From contig CAYJRS010000002.1 of the NCBI GenBank assembly GCA_964372845.1, positions 1 through 39,591 on the forward strand: DNA of 39,591 nt, read 5' to 3'. The translations under genes were made by a program, and so were the position numbers. Within the stretch, counting starts at the first letter, position 1, and each line of letters opens with the position of its first letter. This DNA comes from Candidatus Woesearchaeota archaeon (lineage in GTDB: Archaea; Nanobdellota; Nanobdellia; SCGC-AAA011-G17; ARS1403). Below are positions 1-7,139 of this stretch, piece by piece. The notes beneath the pieces were generated by a model. The model saw only the letters and a program-made list of their open reading frames with translations, was not told the origin of the DNA and did no database searches.

Positions 1-32
1 GAAATGGTTGAGCATTTCCATTTTACTGGAGC

Positions 33-55
33 CAACCAGGCAGACATTCTCGCGA
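33..55 (+). repeat. 23-nt direct copy (22/23) of the central part of the downstream tRNA gene (141-163)
   Basis: CAACCAGgCAGACATTCTCGCGA at 33-55 versus CAACCAGaCAGACATTCTCGCGA at 141-163. Similarity stops abruptly on both sides. Confidence 0.8.
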
Positions 56-76
56 TAATTATCTAGAATAAAGGTA

Positions 77-84
77 ATATATAA
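77..84 (+). promoter_or_regulatory. TATA-like box upstream of the tRNA gene
   Basis: ATATATAA lies about 18-25 nt upstream of the first acceptor-stem base (102), which fits archaeal promoter spacing. Confidence 0.35.
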
Positions 85-101
85 TACTTTCGTTCAGTAA
101 A

Positions 102-212
102 GCCGGGGTGGTGGAGTTTGGTTTAACACACCTTGGTTCTCAACCAGACAGACATTCTCGCGAGTGTCTCACGAGTTCGAATTGGTTTACCACGAGAATC
201 TCGTCCCCGGCG
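102..212 (+). tRNA. Intron-containing tRNA, tentative anticodon CUC (Glu); isotype uncertain
   Basis: Acceptor stem GCCGGGG 102-108 / CCCCGGC 205-211, discriminator G212, no encoded CCA. D arm GTG/CAC with GG in the loop. The 7-nt loop TTCTCAA (137-143) sits on stem TTGG/CCAG. T arm ACGAG 171-175 / CTCGT 200-204 is split by 17 nt that fold as hBHBh': helix TTCG 176-179 : CGAG 193-196, AAT bulges at 180-182 and 197-199, inner hairpin TGG-TTTA-CCA. Excision restores the T-loop TTCGAAT. An extra perfect 8-bp hairpin occupies 150-169. Confidence 0.75.
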
Positions 213-219
213 CTGAAAC

Positions 220-260
220 GCGGGTTCGAAATGTTTCTCACGGAAATCCCACATTTAGAA
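220..260 (+). other. tRNA-like T-arm / 3' fragment carrying the same BHB-type insertion; no 5' half found
   Basis: GCGGG-TTCG-[AAA]-TG-TTTCT-CA-CGGA-[AAT]-CCCAC. TTCG pairs with CGGA over 4 bp (one GU), flanked by two 3-nt bulges. The outer helix has one C.A mismatch. The AT-rich segment ATTTAGA follows where an acceptor strand would lie. Confidence 0.4.
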
Positions 261-302
261 TTATTAAATGGAACTATATAAAACTTATGTTGTGATTTCA
301 AA

Positions 303-515
303 ATGAAAATAAAATTTCAAAACATTGGATGGAAAAGCAAGATAAGCCAGAAGAGATCTACTCTAAGCATTTCCATAAATAAATTAGTGGTTGTCGGTTC
401 TTGCTTGAAAAAAGGAGATGTTCTATATAGTTACTTAGGAGAGGACGAGAATGGAAGGGTTGTTATGATTACTTATTTAGATAGAAAGGAAAAAAATAAT
501 TGTAGTAGTTCTTGA
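303..515 (+). CDS. Hypothetical small protein, possibly AbrB/MazE-like
   Basis: 70-aa ORF. The segment LKKGDVLYSYLGEDENGRVVMI weakly resembles a swapped-hairpin beta-barrel motif. Confidence 0.45.
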   Translation: MKIKFQNIGWKSKISQKRSTLSISINKLVVVGSCLKKGDVLYSYLGEDENGRVVMITYLDRKEKNNCSSS

Positions 516-565
516 GGGGGCAAAAACATACGCTATTTGTATTTAAGTAATTTATTTTTCTTTTC

Positions 566-799
566 TTGATGAAAGTTAAAAGTCCTTTTAGAACTGCTAA
601 GAGGAAATTAAAGAAAAAATATACTGTAACTTTATTTGAAGATAAAAAAGGGAGGCTGTGTTTACCAATTCCAGATGAAATTTGCGAGATGTTTGGCATT
701 GAAGTTGGGGATGTTGCAATATTTGAAGTTATTAATAAAAAAACTTTTGTTATAAGATTCGTTAATAAGAATATGAGTAGCTTGGTTGAGAAAATATAA
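566..799 (+). CDS. AbrB/SpoVT-family DNA-binding protein (antitoxin-like)
   Basis: LCLPIPDEICEMFGIEVGDVAIFEV matches the AbrB-type motif. The stop overlaps the next start (TAATG). Confidence 0.6.
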   Translation: MMKVKSPFRTAKRKLKKKYTVTLFEDKKGRLCLPIPDEICEMFGIEVGDVAIFEVINKKTFVIRFVNKNMSSLVEKI

Positions 800-1044
800 T
801 GGCTAAAGGTTTGGATGCACGATGCAGAAACTGCAATAAAATATTTTGGGTTGAATTAAAATTGAAATTTGGTGTTAGGAAAGATATCCATGTGCCTGAT
901 TTGTTGAAGTGCTTTTTGGATGAGTCAAGATTTTATTTTAAATGCCCTTACTGTAAAAAGCCAACTATTGTTGGGGTTGCATTCTTCCGCTATAGAGAAC
1001 CTGAGATAACACAAATTGTTGAAAATCCAGATTACATCGGCTAA
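799..1044 (+). CDS. Zinc-ribbon protein
   Basis: 81 aa with two CxxC pairs (CRNC, CPYC). Translationally coupled to the upstream gene. Confidence 0.55.
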   Translation: MAKGLDARCRNCNKIFWVELKLKFGVRKDIHVPDLLKCFLDESRFYFKCPYCKKPTIVGVAFFRYREPEITQIVENPDYIG

Positions 1045-1045
1045 A

Positions 1046-1249
1046 ATGAAACATGATGAATTAATTTGCCCGAATTGTAAAAAAGAAACACTGCATAGGG
1101 TTAGGAATAAATACGGATTAGGTGATAAAGGAAAGCCTTACCTAAAAAATCAGATAAAGCATTGTTTAGTTTGTAACTTTTATCATGGCTATAAAGAAAA
1201 GAGAACAAGATCTGAAAGGAAAGAAGAGACGATGGTAAGTTTGAGATGA
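1046..1249 (+). CDS. Zinc-ribbon protein
   Basis: ATG at 1046 lies 1 nt after the upstream stop; the ORF-track start at 1016 falls inside the upstream gene. CPNC ... CLVC motifs. Confidence 0.5.
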   Translation: MKHDELICPNCKKETLHRVRNKYGLGDKGKPYLKNQIKHCLVCNFYHGYKEKRTRSERKEETMVSLR

Positions 1250-1279
1250 TATGGCAATTTATATAAACTGAAATAATAT

Positions 1280-1906
1280 ATGGACATCATGAAGTTAATA
1301 AAAACAATCAGAACTGCTTCCAATGAGATCTTCATTTACAATTTTAAAGATAAAACCGTTGCGTTTAAACCAAGCGATGATGTAGAAAAAGAATTATTAG
1401 TGAATAAACTAGCTAAATTATTTGATGTTAATGTTATGAAAATAAAAACTGCTGAGATTGAAGGCAGGAAGGGGATTCTGATGGATTATCTTGAACATAG
1501 TACACTATTAGTACATTATAAAAAGGAATTGGACAAAGAGCAGATCAAACAATTAAAGAAGATAGTATTATTTGATATATGGATAGGTAACAGAGATAGG
1601 CATACTGCAAATATTTTCGTTAATGATAATCTGACTGCATTTGATCATAATAATGTATTTAACAAAAGTGCTGCAAGAAATTTCATTAAACTGGATGTCG
1701 GAAGGAGAGTAAATAAGGATTACGTTGAGATTATAGAAAAGACTTTAAGTAAGAGTTTTACTGTAGCACAAGTATTAAAAAAACTTGGTTTTGCGGAAGA
1801 AGATTTTAGAGAGATAAATGAAAAAGAGATTAGGAGAATCGTTATTGATAAATCATTATCAGAATTCTTAGTTTCAAGAGGGGATTTTAATAGAATTAGA
1901 TTCTAA
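1280..1906 (+). CDS. Atypical protein kinase, HipA-like / PI3-PI4-kinase-like catalytic core
   Basis: Catalytic-loop-like FDIWIGNRDRHTANIFV (GxxDRHxxN) followed by TAFDHNNVF (a DFG-equivalent). Upstream there is an AFKP lysine and an LMDYLE hinge-like segment. Confidence 0.7.
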   Translation: MDIMKLIKTIRTASNEIFIYNFKDKTVAFKPSDDVEKELLVNKLAKLFDVNVMKIKTAEIEGRKGILMDYLEHSTLLVHYKKELDKEQIKQLKKIVLFDIWIGNRDRHTANIFVNDNLTAFDHNNVFNKSAARNFIKLDVGRRVNKDYVEIIEKTLSKSFTVAQVLKKLGFAEEDFREINEKEIRRIVIDKSLSEFLVSRGDFNRIRF

Positions 1907-2374
1907 ATATTTGAAGACTTCCAATAAAGAAGAATCATCTGCCTTATCTCCAATAAACCAAGGATTTATCTTGAATACATTGTCTTTTTCCAGGAAGAAT
2001 TCAGGATTATCATCTATACCAATAACATCATCAATATGAATGCTAAAATCATCTGCTATTTTTTTAAGTGACTTTTTTCCATTTTCCAAATCTTCTCTCC
2101 CATAAATTCTAGTAAAACTATCTAAAATATTTACTGCTTTTAGCTTCTTTATTGTTACATCTCTGTTAACTACTGAGAAAGCAATTAGTTCAAATTTTTC
2201 TTTCACTTTTTCTAGGAATGCATTTAAGTTAGGCCTTGGGCTAATATAGTACTTTTCGAAGATTAATTTTCCATCATAACTTATATAATTTTTTTTAAAT
2301 ATTTTTAAGAATGATAAGGGTTCCATGTTTAGTAAAGTTTCATCAACATCAAGAACGAGTATTTTTTTATTCAT
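1874..2374 (-). CDS. HAD-superfamily phosphatase of the NIF/FCP1/SCP (CTD-phosphatase-like) type
   Basis: N-terminal LVLDVDETLL (DxDxT), RPNLNAFLEKV, IAFS, and GIDDNPEFF...INPW. This order matches the NLI-interacting-factor-like domain. The 3' end overlaps the kinase gene by 33 nt. Confidence 0.8.
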   Translation of the reverse strand: MNKKILVLDVDETLLNMEPLSFLKIFKKNYISYDGKLIFEKYYISPRPNLNAFLEKVKEKFELIAFSVVNRDVTIKKLKAVNILDSFTRIYGREDLENGKKSLKKIADDFSIHIDDVIGIDDNPEFFLEKDNVFKINPWFIGDKADDSSLLEVFKYLESNSIKIPS

Positions 2375-2493
2375 GTTACTTTCGAACTACACCTTCTATA
2401 TTAATTTTACGATATTGTTTGCACCCACATAAACATACGTTATAATTATTTAAGTAAGTTGAAGTTTTTTCCTTATACCTTTAGGAGATAAAA

Positions 2494-2847
2494 ATGTCAG
2501 AAAGCCAATCAAGATACAGCATTGTTGAAAGATTAACAAAAACTAAACTGGATATTATGACTTCTAAATCCAACCTTAAAGAAGAGCTTAAACATAAACA
2601 GCAGGAAATAGAAGAGCTGAAAAAAGATTTAGAAAACTGGGAGAAGGACATCGAGGAGGATATAAACAGGGAAAAGAGAAGCAAAGAGAGGATAATTGAA
2701 AAGACCACTAAAGCATATCAAAATCTAAAGGAAAGAATGGAAGAAAAAGAACAAATTTACGATGAGAAGATGAAAGCTATCGAGAAAGCTCTAGAATCTA
2801 TTGAAGAGATTAGCAAGACCTCTCCTACAATCCAAACAAAATCATAG
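2494..2847 (+). CDS. Coiled-coil protein, unknown function
   Basis: 117 aa, heptad-rich and K/E-rich. AGGAG lies 6 nt upstream of the ATG. Confidence 0.6.
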   Translation: MSESQSRYSIVERLTKTKLDIMTSKSNLKEELKHKQQEIEELKKDLENWEKDIEEDINREKRSKERIIEKTTKAYQNLKERMEEKEQIYDEKMKAIEKALESIEEISKTSPTIQTKS

Positions 2848-3008
2848 TCCAATAGAAAATAAAACAAGCCATGTGCTTTTGGACACCAATCGGAGAAAAT
2901 TTGCAAAGCCATGTTGCTGCTACCCCGTGCAGACCGAATCTGCAAAGTGGCATAAAAGTTTTGTCACTGGGGTTTTATGATTATTAATCAAGTTATAAAA
3001 AATTTAAT

Positions 3009-3314
3009 TCAATGCCCCAAACAGGCTGAATCTGTTGGAACCTCTGTTTGATCATATGTCTTTTTAACAAACTTTTTTTCGACTAAATACTGCTCAACTT
3101 CGTCTCCAGAAACATCAATCAGCATCTCTCCATTAACTTCAACACAAGGCGATAAAGTTTGTCCTGATTTTTCCACCATTTCCTGGAATTGCTTTTGATT
3201 ATCGATTATATTTCTGTCTTCATATTTCAAATTATATTTCTTTAGAATTTCTCTAACACCCATGCTCCATCCACAATGTGGTTTGAGATAAGCGATTACT
3301 TTTGGCTGTTTCAT
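3009..3314 (-). CDS. Glutaredoxin-like thioredoxin-fold protein
   Basis: KPHCGWSMGV (CxxS active-site position) and about 100 aa, typical of Grx/NrdH-like proteins. Confidence 0.7.
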   Translation of the reverse strand: MKQPKVIAYLKPHCGWSMGVREILKKYNLKYEDRNIIDNQKQFQEMVEKSGQTLSPCVEVNGEMLIDVSGDEVEQYLVEKKFVKKTYDQTEVPTDSACLGH

Positions 3315-3464
3315 ATTTTTTATACTAATTAATAAGTTTTTTAAGCTTTCTATTCAATTTTGATTTCTGAAAATTTTAGTTTTATATGACTTTGATGATT
3401 TTTCTGTATTTGAAGGAGCTATGAAAAAAATAAAAATATAGATTGATAATAAAGAGGGTACTGA

Positions 3465-3749
3465 TTATTTTATCTTTTCTTTAATTTCATTTATATCATT
3501 TCTTACTTTCTTGAAGCTGTTAATCATTTCAGCTTTGATTTCACCAACTTCCCTATTAAGCTTTATCAGATAATTAGATACATCCCTATGTATATTTATA
3601 GCATACATTGCTACTGCTGTTAGTCCTGAGAAGAATGCAAGATACACCTGTATGTCCGTAGCTGTATTTCCAAAAATTCTAGTCAATATCATTACGAATA
3701 AAATAATTAAAATTAAAATCAATATACTTTCAATCCAATTTATTTCCAT
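3465..3749 (-). CDS. Membrane protein with C-terminal coiled segment
   Basis: 94 aa with two hydrophobic helices, then a charged tail. Confidence 0.55.
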   Translation of the reverse strand: MEINWIESILILILIILFVMILTRIFGNTATDIQVYLAFFSGLTAVAMYAINIHRDVSNYLIKLNREVGEIKAEMINSFKKVRNDINEIKEKIK

Positions 3750-3750
3750 A

Positions 3751-3840
3751 TTAGATTCCTCTTATTACAGTATAGACTAATAAAGCTATAGATCCTACTA
3801 AAAGCGTATACAGGATTATCCTTCTTATATCGATTTCCAT
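3751..3840 (-). CDS. Possible 29-aa single-pass membrane peptide
   Basis: MEIDIRRIILYTLLVGSIALLVYTVIRGI. The stop lies 1 nt before the start of the downstream gene. Below the ORF-track length cutoff. Confidence 0.3.
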   Translation of the reverse strand: MEIDIRRIILYTLLVGSIALLVYTVIRGI

Positions 3841-3933
3841 AATATTTTATAATAGAATAGATTATAAATACTTTTGCAATCCTGAACATTTTTTGAATAC
3901 TAAAATTACTTTTTGATATTAAAACCTAATAGG

Positions 3934-4110
3934 TGATGAACAGCACCTATAAGTTCCCATGCATGAGCACAGTACAGTTATAGGCGTTGCCCTGCTTAAC
4001 TCCCTCGTAATCATCTGGAAGACGATTAATCCGAGATCGAACTTCCCGAAATTTCCCGAAGAAAATTTTCTACGAGATCGGGTGGAACCAGGGCACTATG
4101 GCCGTCCATC
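3934..4110 (-). rRNA. 5S rRNA with a 63-nt insertion replacing the helix III tip / loop C
   Basis: On the minus strand, helix I pairs GATGGACGGC with GCTGTTCATC (10 bp, 2 GU). Helix II pairs GCCCTG with CAGGGC. Also present: GGGAGTTAAGC, GTACTG, CATGGGAAC, and helix CCTATAA/TTATAGG. About 176 nt versus about 120 nt normally. GC is well above the surroundings. Confidence 0.7.
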
Positions 4111-4243
4111 AAATTATAAATTAAAAAATTGGTTTTTAAGCTTTACTCCTGGCTTTTTCATCATGATATCATAAAGTGCATCAACAATTCTTTTATATTG
4201 TTGTATTATTTTTAAGAAAAAAAGAAAAATAAAGAAATAACTA

Positions 4244-4390
4244 TTATTCCATCTTGCCAATCTTGAACATTTTTGTTCCGCATTTCATGCAAGTTCCCTT
4301 TACAGCATCTCTGCCATTTTTCATCTTTACTTGCTTAGCATCCTTAATCTGCCTTGATGTTTTGCATTTCATGCAGTGCCCTTCAACCAT
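4244..4390 (-). CDS. Small zinc-ribbon protein (DUF5679-like)
   Basis: MVEGHCMKCK...GTCMKCGTKMF has two CxxC pairs. GGAGGTG lies 5 nt upstream of the ATG at 4390, favouring this start over 4450. Confidence 0.6.
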   Translation of the reverse strand: MVEGHCMKCKTSRQIKDAKQVKMKNGRDAVKGTCMKCGTKMFKIGKME

Positions 4391-4479
4391 TTTCACACCT
4401 CCCTCTTCATCTCCAACATTATTTTTATTGTCTTTTGGATAAAAATACACTGATAACTCGCTTTTTTAAGGTTTCTATT

Positions 4480-5154
4480 TCAAGATTTTCCTTTTTCTTT
4501 GAAACTATAATAACTGTCTCTGCCAATTATCACATGATCCAAAACAGGAATATCCAAACCTTCTCCTGCTTTCATTAAGATTTTTGTAACTTCTATGTCT
4601 TGCTGCGAGGGGGTTGAATTCCCTCTAGGATGATTATGCACTAATATTATTGAATCTGAGCTCTCCTTAATTGCTTCTTTGAAAATCTCTCTTGGATGCA
4701 CTAAAGTTGAGTTTAATATGCCGATGCTGATCTTCTTTACAGTTATTACTTCTCTATTAGTATTTAATAAAACAGCGAATAAAACCTCTTTTTTGTAATC
4801 TTTTACCTTATCTGAAAGCATATTATAAATATCTCTTGCTGATGTAATTGGTTTTTTATTATAACCGCCCATCTTTAATGTGTTGTATCTTTTGCTTAAT
4901 TCAATGAAACTGAGGATTTTTAATGCTGCTGCTGTGTCATTTCTGCATTCTTTTTTTAATTCTTGAAAACTTAGTTCTTCTAATTTGTTCAGGTTGTATT
5001 TTTTCAATAATCTGTTTGCTAGGGTTATAACACTTTCTTCTTTTGTTTTTCCTAAAATTATTTCCAACAATTCAGAATCAGATAGGTTTTCAGCACCCTC
5101 TTTTATTAATCTGCTTCCTGGACGGTCATACCAAGGCATGTTTAGGATACCCAT
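4480..5154 (-). CDS. radC: RadC-family JAB/MPN domain protein
   Basis: HNHPRGNSTPSQQD JAMM motif and an N-terminal helix-hairpin-helix-like region; 224 aa. Confidence 0.9.
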   Translation of the reverse strand: MGILNMPWYDRPGSRLIKEGAENLSDSELLEIILGKTKEESVITLANRLLKKYNLNKLEELSFQELKKECRNDTAAALKILSFIELSKRYNTLKMGGYNKKPITSARDIYNMLSDKVKDYKKEVLFAVLLNTNREVITVKKISIGILNSTLVHPREIFKEAIKESSDSIILVHNHPRGNSTPSQQDIEVTKILMKAGEGLDIPVLDHVIIGRDSYYSFKEKGKS

Positions 5155-5222
5155 ACAAAAAATTAAAAGAAGAATTATATATAAGCCTTTAGAATTAAAA
5201 ATTCAGTAATAGTAATATTTAT

Positions 5223-5293
5223 GGGCTTGTAGTTCAACGGAAGAACGTTGCCTTCGCAAGGCAGAAATGCGGGTTCAATTCCCGTCAAGTCCA
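5223..5293 (+). tRNA. tRNA-Ala (CGC)
   Basis: Acceptor GGGCTTG/CAAGTCC with the G3:U70 alanine identity pair. Anticodon loop TTCGCAA on stem TTGCC/GGCAG. T arm GCGGG-TTCAATT-CCCGT. Discriminator A; no encoded CCA. Confidence 0.9.
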
Positions 5294-5424
5294 GTGTAAT
5301 GGAGCTGCAGGAATTCCGTACAAGAATAAATTCTTGCTTTTGAACCTCGGCTGCAACGTCCCGAACGTTAACAAAAAATTGAAATAGTAAAGTTTATATA
5401 ATTTTTATCCTTTCAAAATAATTT

Positions 5425-6177
5425 ATGAGAAAAAGTATTATTCTGTTCATTGTTATTCTCCTAGTTAGTTCTGCTCTTGTATTTGCTGCAGGCAGTGGAG
5501 GCGGTGGTGTAAGAAAGAGCGTTAGTTCTAGAGATATTGATAATGATCAAGTGGCAGTTACTAAACCAGTTATAGGCATAGATAGAAATGCTTCAGTGAA
5601 AAGAGAATTGCCAGAACAAGCATCTAGAGGAAAAGGATTGAAGTGCGGTCATTTATCAACGGTGAGGGAAAGAGTTGACTGTAGATTAAAATTACAAAAG
5701 GATGAATTATACGAGGAAAATGAATTATTATACCTCCCAGAAGAATGCAGGGCGCTAGAGGGAGAAGAGCAGGATAAATGCATAGAGAATTACCAGAAAA
5801 CACAACGCTGCTGGAAATTTCCTGTTGGAGATGCTAGGATTAATTGCGTTAAAGAAAATTTAGAATTGAAAAGAAGCCATAAAGAAGAGAAGCAGAGATG
5901 CAAGCAACTAGAAGGGGATGAGAGGAAAGAATGTGTACAGAAGTTTAAGGAAAGTGCTTATGACCTTATCAAATTCAGATTTTATGATCTTGAGGAAAGA
6001 GCTGAGAAGTTAAAAGAAAGAGGGCTTGCTAGTGAGTCGGATGTTGTTGAATTAGTTACTGCTCTTGAAGAAAAAAAGATTGAGTTCAATAATGCTTCTA
6101 CAGTGAGAGAAAAGAAAAGAATTATATTGGAAGTCAGGCAGCTTTGGAAGGAGTTCATTAAGAAGGTGAGAAAATGA
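5425..6177 (+). CDS. Secreted Cys-containing coiled-coil protein, unknown function
   Basis: N-terminal signal/anchor ILFIVILLVSSALVFA, with multiple Cys in a K/E-rich body. Confidence 0.65.
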   Translation: MRKSIILFIVILLVSSALVFAAGSGGGGVRKSVSSRDIDNDQVAVTKPVIGIDRNASVKRELPEQASRGKGLKCGHLSTVRERVDCRLKLQKDELYEENELLYLPEECRALEGEEQDKCIENYQKTQRCWKFPVGDARINCVKENLELKRSHKEEKQRCKQLEGDERKECVQKFKESAYDLIKFRFYDLEERAEKLKERGLASESDVVELVTALEEKKIEFNNASTVREKKRIILEVRQLWKEFIKKVRK

Positions 6178-6368
6178 ACCGGAAGATCTTTTTCATATTA
6201 ATTGTTTTATTTTTGGTAGTAGGGGCTGGATGCGAAAAGGCTGCTAAAGAAAGTAGCAATAAAGATATAGGTAAAGATGATACGGAAAGCAGAGATAGTG
6301 AATACTATGATGGATTAGATGATGCCTTTACTGAGCTAGACGAACTTGAGGAAGAAGATCAGTTATAA
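6174..6368 (+). CDS. Small putative lipoprotein, acidic
   Basis: Signal peptide ending in a lipobox-like VVGAGC. The start overlaps the upstream stop (ATGA). Confidence 0.55.
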   Translation: MNRKIFFILIVLFLVVGAGCEKAAKESSNKDIGKDDTESRDSEYYDGLDDAFTELDELEEEDQL

Positions 6369-7099
6369 ATCTCTTTCTTGATATCCTCTTTTTGAATGCC
6401 TAATTCTGTAATTAAAATGTCTTCCATGTCTTTCACAAATTCAGGCGGTCCGCATAGATAGAAATCTGTTTCTGCTAACAATAGGCCGGAATTTTCAATC
6501 ATTTCCTTTTTAATCCTGCCAGTTGCTCCCTTCCAATTTTCTCGAGTTAGAGTAAATTCATGGCTTATATTTTTTGAAGTTTTTGAAATTAATTCTATCT
6601 CCTTTCTCCAGAGTATTTCATTTTCAGTTTTGTTTGAGTAGATAATATGGGTTCTTAATGGAAGTTTTTTTTCATGAACATATCTTAATATTGACATCAA
6701 TGGAGAGATGCCTGAGCCTGCTCCAATAAGCATTATATTCTTCTTAGTATTTTTTTCATCAAAGTAAAATTTCCCGAAAGGTCCGGTTACAGCAATTAAT
6801 TCTCCTGATTGCAAGTGATTTACAAAATATTCTGAAACAAAACCATCTTCTGTTGGCTTCACTGTAATTTCCAAATAATTCTGTTGGAGCGGTGCTGATG
6901 ACATTGAAAAGGGGCGCTTTTGAATTTTATTTTTCCCGTCTCTAACTTTAAATCTCCCAGTTTTTTCCAGATCAAGCTCCATCATTGCAAACTGACCTGG
7001 CTGAAAATTAAATGGTTTTCCATCCAAGCTTATACGGACTGCTTTCGCTGTAGGAGAAAGTTTAATCAATTCTGAAACCTTTAGTATGTAATTTGGCAT
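6359..7099 (-). CDS. Ferredoxin-NADP reductase-like FAD/NAD(P)-binding oxidoreductase
   Basis: RPFSMSS (RxYS-type FAD motif) and the GAGSGISP nucleotide-binding motif; 246 aa. Confidence 0.85.
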   Translation of the reverse strand: MPNYILKVSELIKLSPTAKAVRISLDGKPFNFQPGQFAMMELDLEKTGRFKVRDGKNKIQKRPFSMSSAPLQQNYLEITVKPTEDGFVSEYFVNHLQSGELIAVTGPFGKFYFDEKNTKKNIMLIGAGSGISPLMSILRYVHEKKLPLRTHIIYSNKTENEILWRKEIELISKTSKNISHEFTLTRENWKGATGRIKKEMIENSGLLLAETDFYLCGPPEFVKDMEDILITELGIQKEDIKKEIYN

Positions 7100-7139
7100 G
7101 ATATTTTTTGAGTATAGAGAAACTATTTTTAAGCTTTTC

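Noticed and set aside
61-101. Possible 5' half (TCTAGAA...) pairing with the ATTTAGA tail of the T-arm fragment at 253-259
   Set aside because: Only 6/7 pairs form, including a GU. The intervening sequence is an AT-rich promoter-like tract with no credible D or anticodon arm.
150-169. Second BHB intron at the 8-bp hairpin of the tRNA
   Set aside because: I tried all registers and found no 4-bp helix flanked by two 3-nt bulges. Removing 17 nt would leave a plausible CAGTC variable loop, but the sequence offers no recognisable splicing motif, so this is left open rather than called.
102-212. Idea that the class-II-like tRNA with anticodon CUC recodes GAG (e.g. to Ser)
   Set aside because: GAG encodes invariant glutamates in this window, for example the E of the Nudix box R-E (AGA GAG at 25196-25201). 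The standard meaning of GAG is therefore retained.
2757-2945. 62-aa minus-strand ORF
   Set aside because: It overlaps the 3' end of the coiled-coil gene and the GC-rich structured island. It has no start context and is more likely a by-product of RNA structure.
4004-4076. BHB-type intron explanation for the 5S rRNA insertion
   Set aside because: CTCG/CGAG could form a 4-bp helix with flanking 3-nt bulges. However, the flanking helices are weak, and splicing there would delete helix III entirely, giving a non-viable 5S.
3959-4174. 71-aa plus-strand ORF
   Set aside because: It lies entirely antisense to the region that folds as 5S rRNA and has no ribosome-binding context. The elevated GC is explained by the rRNA gene.
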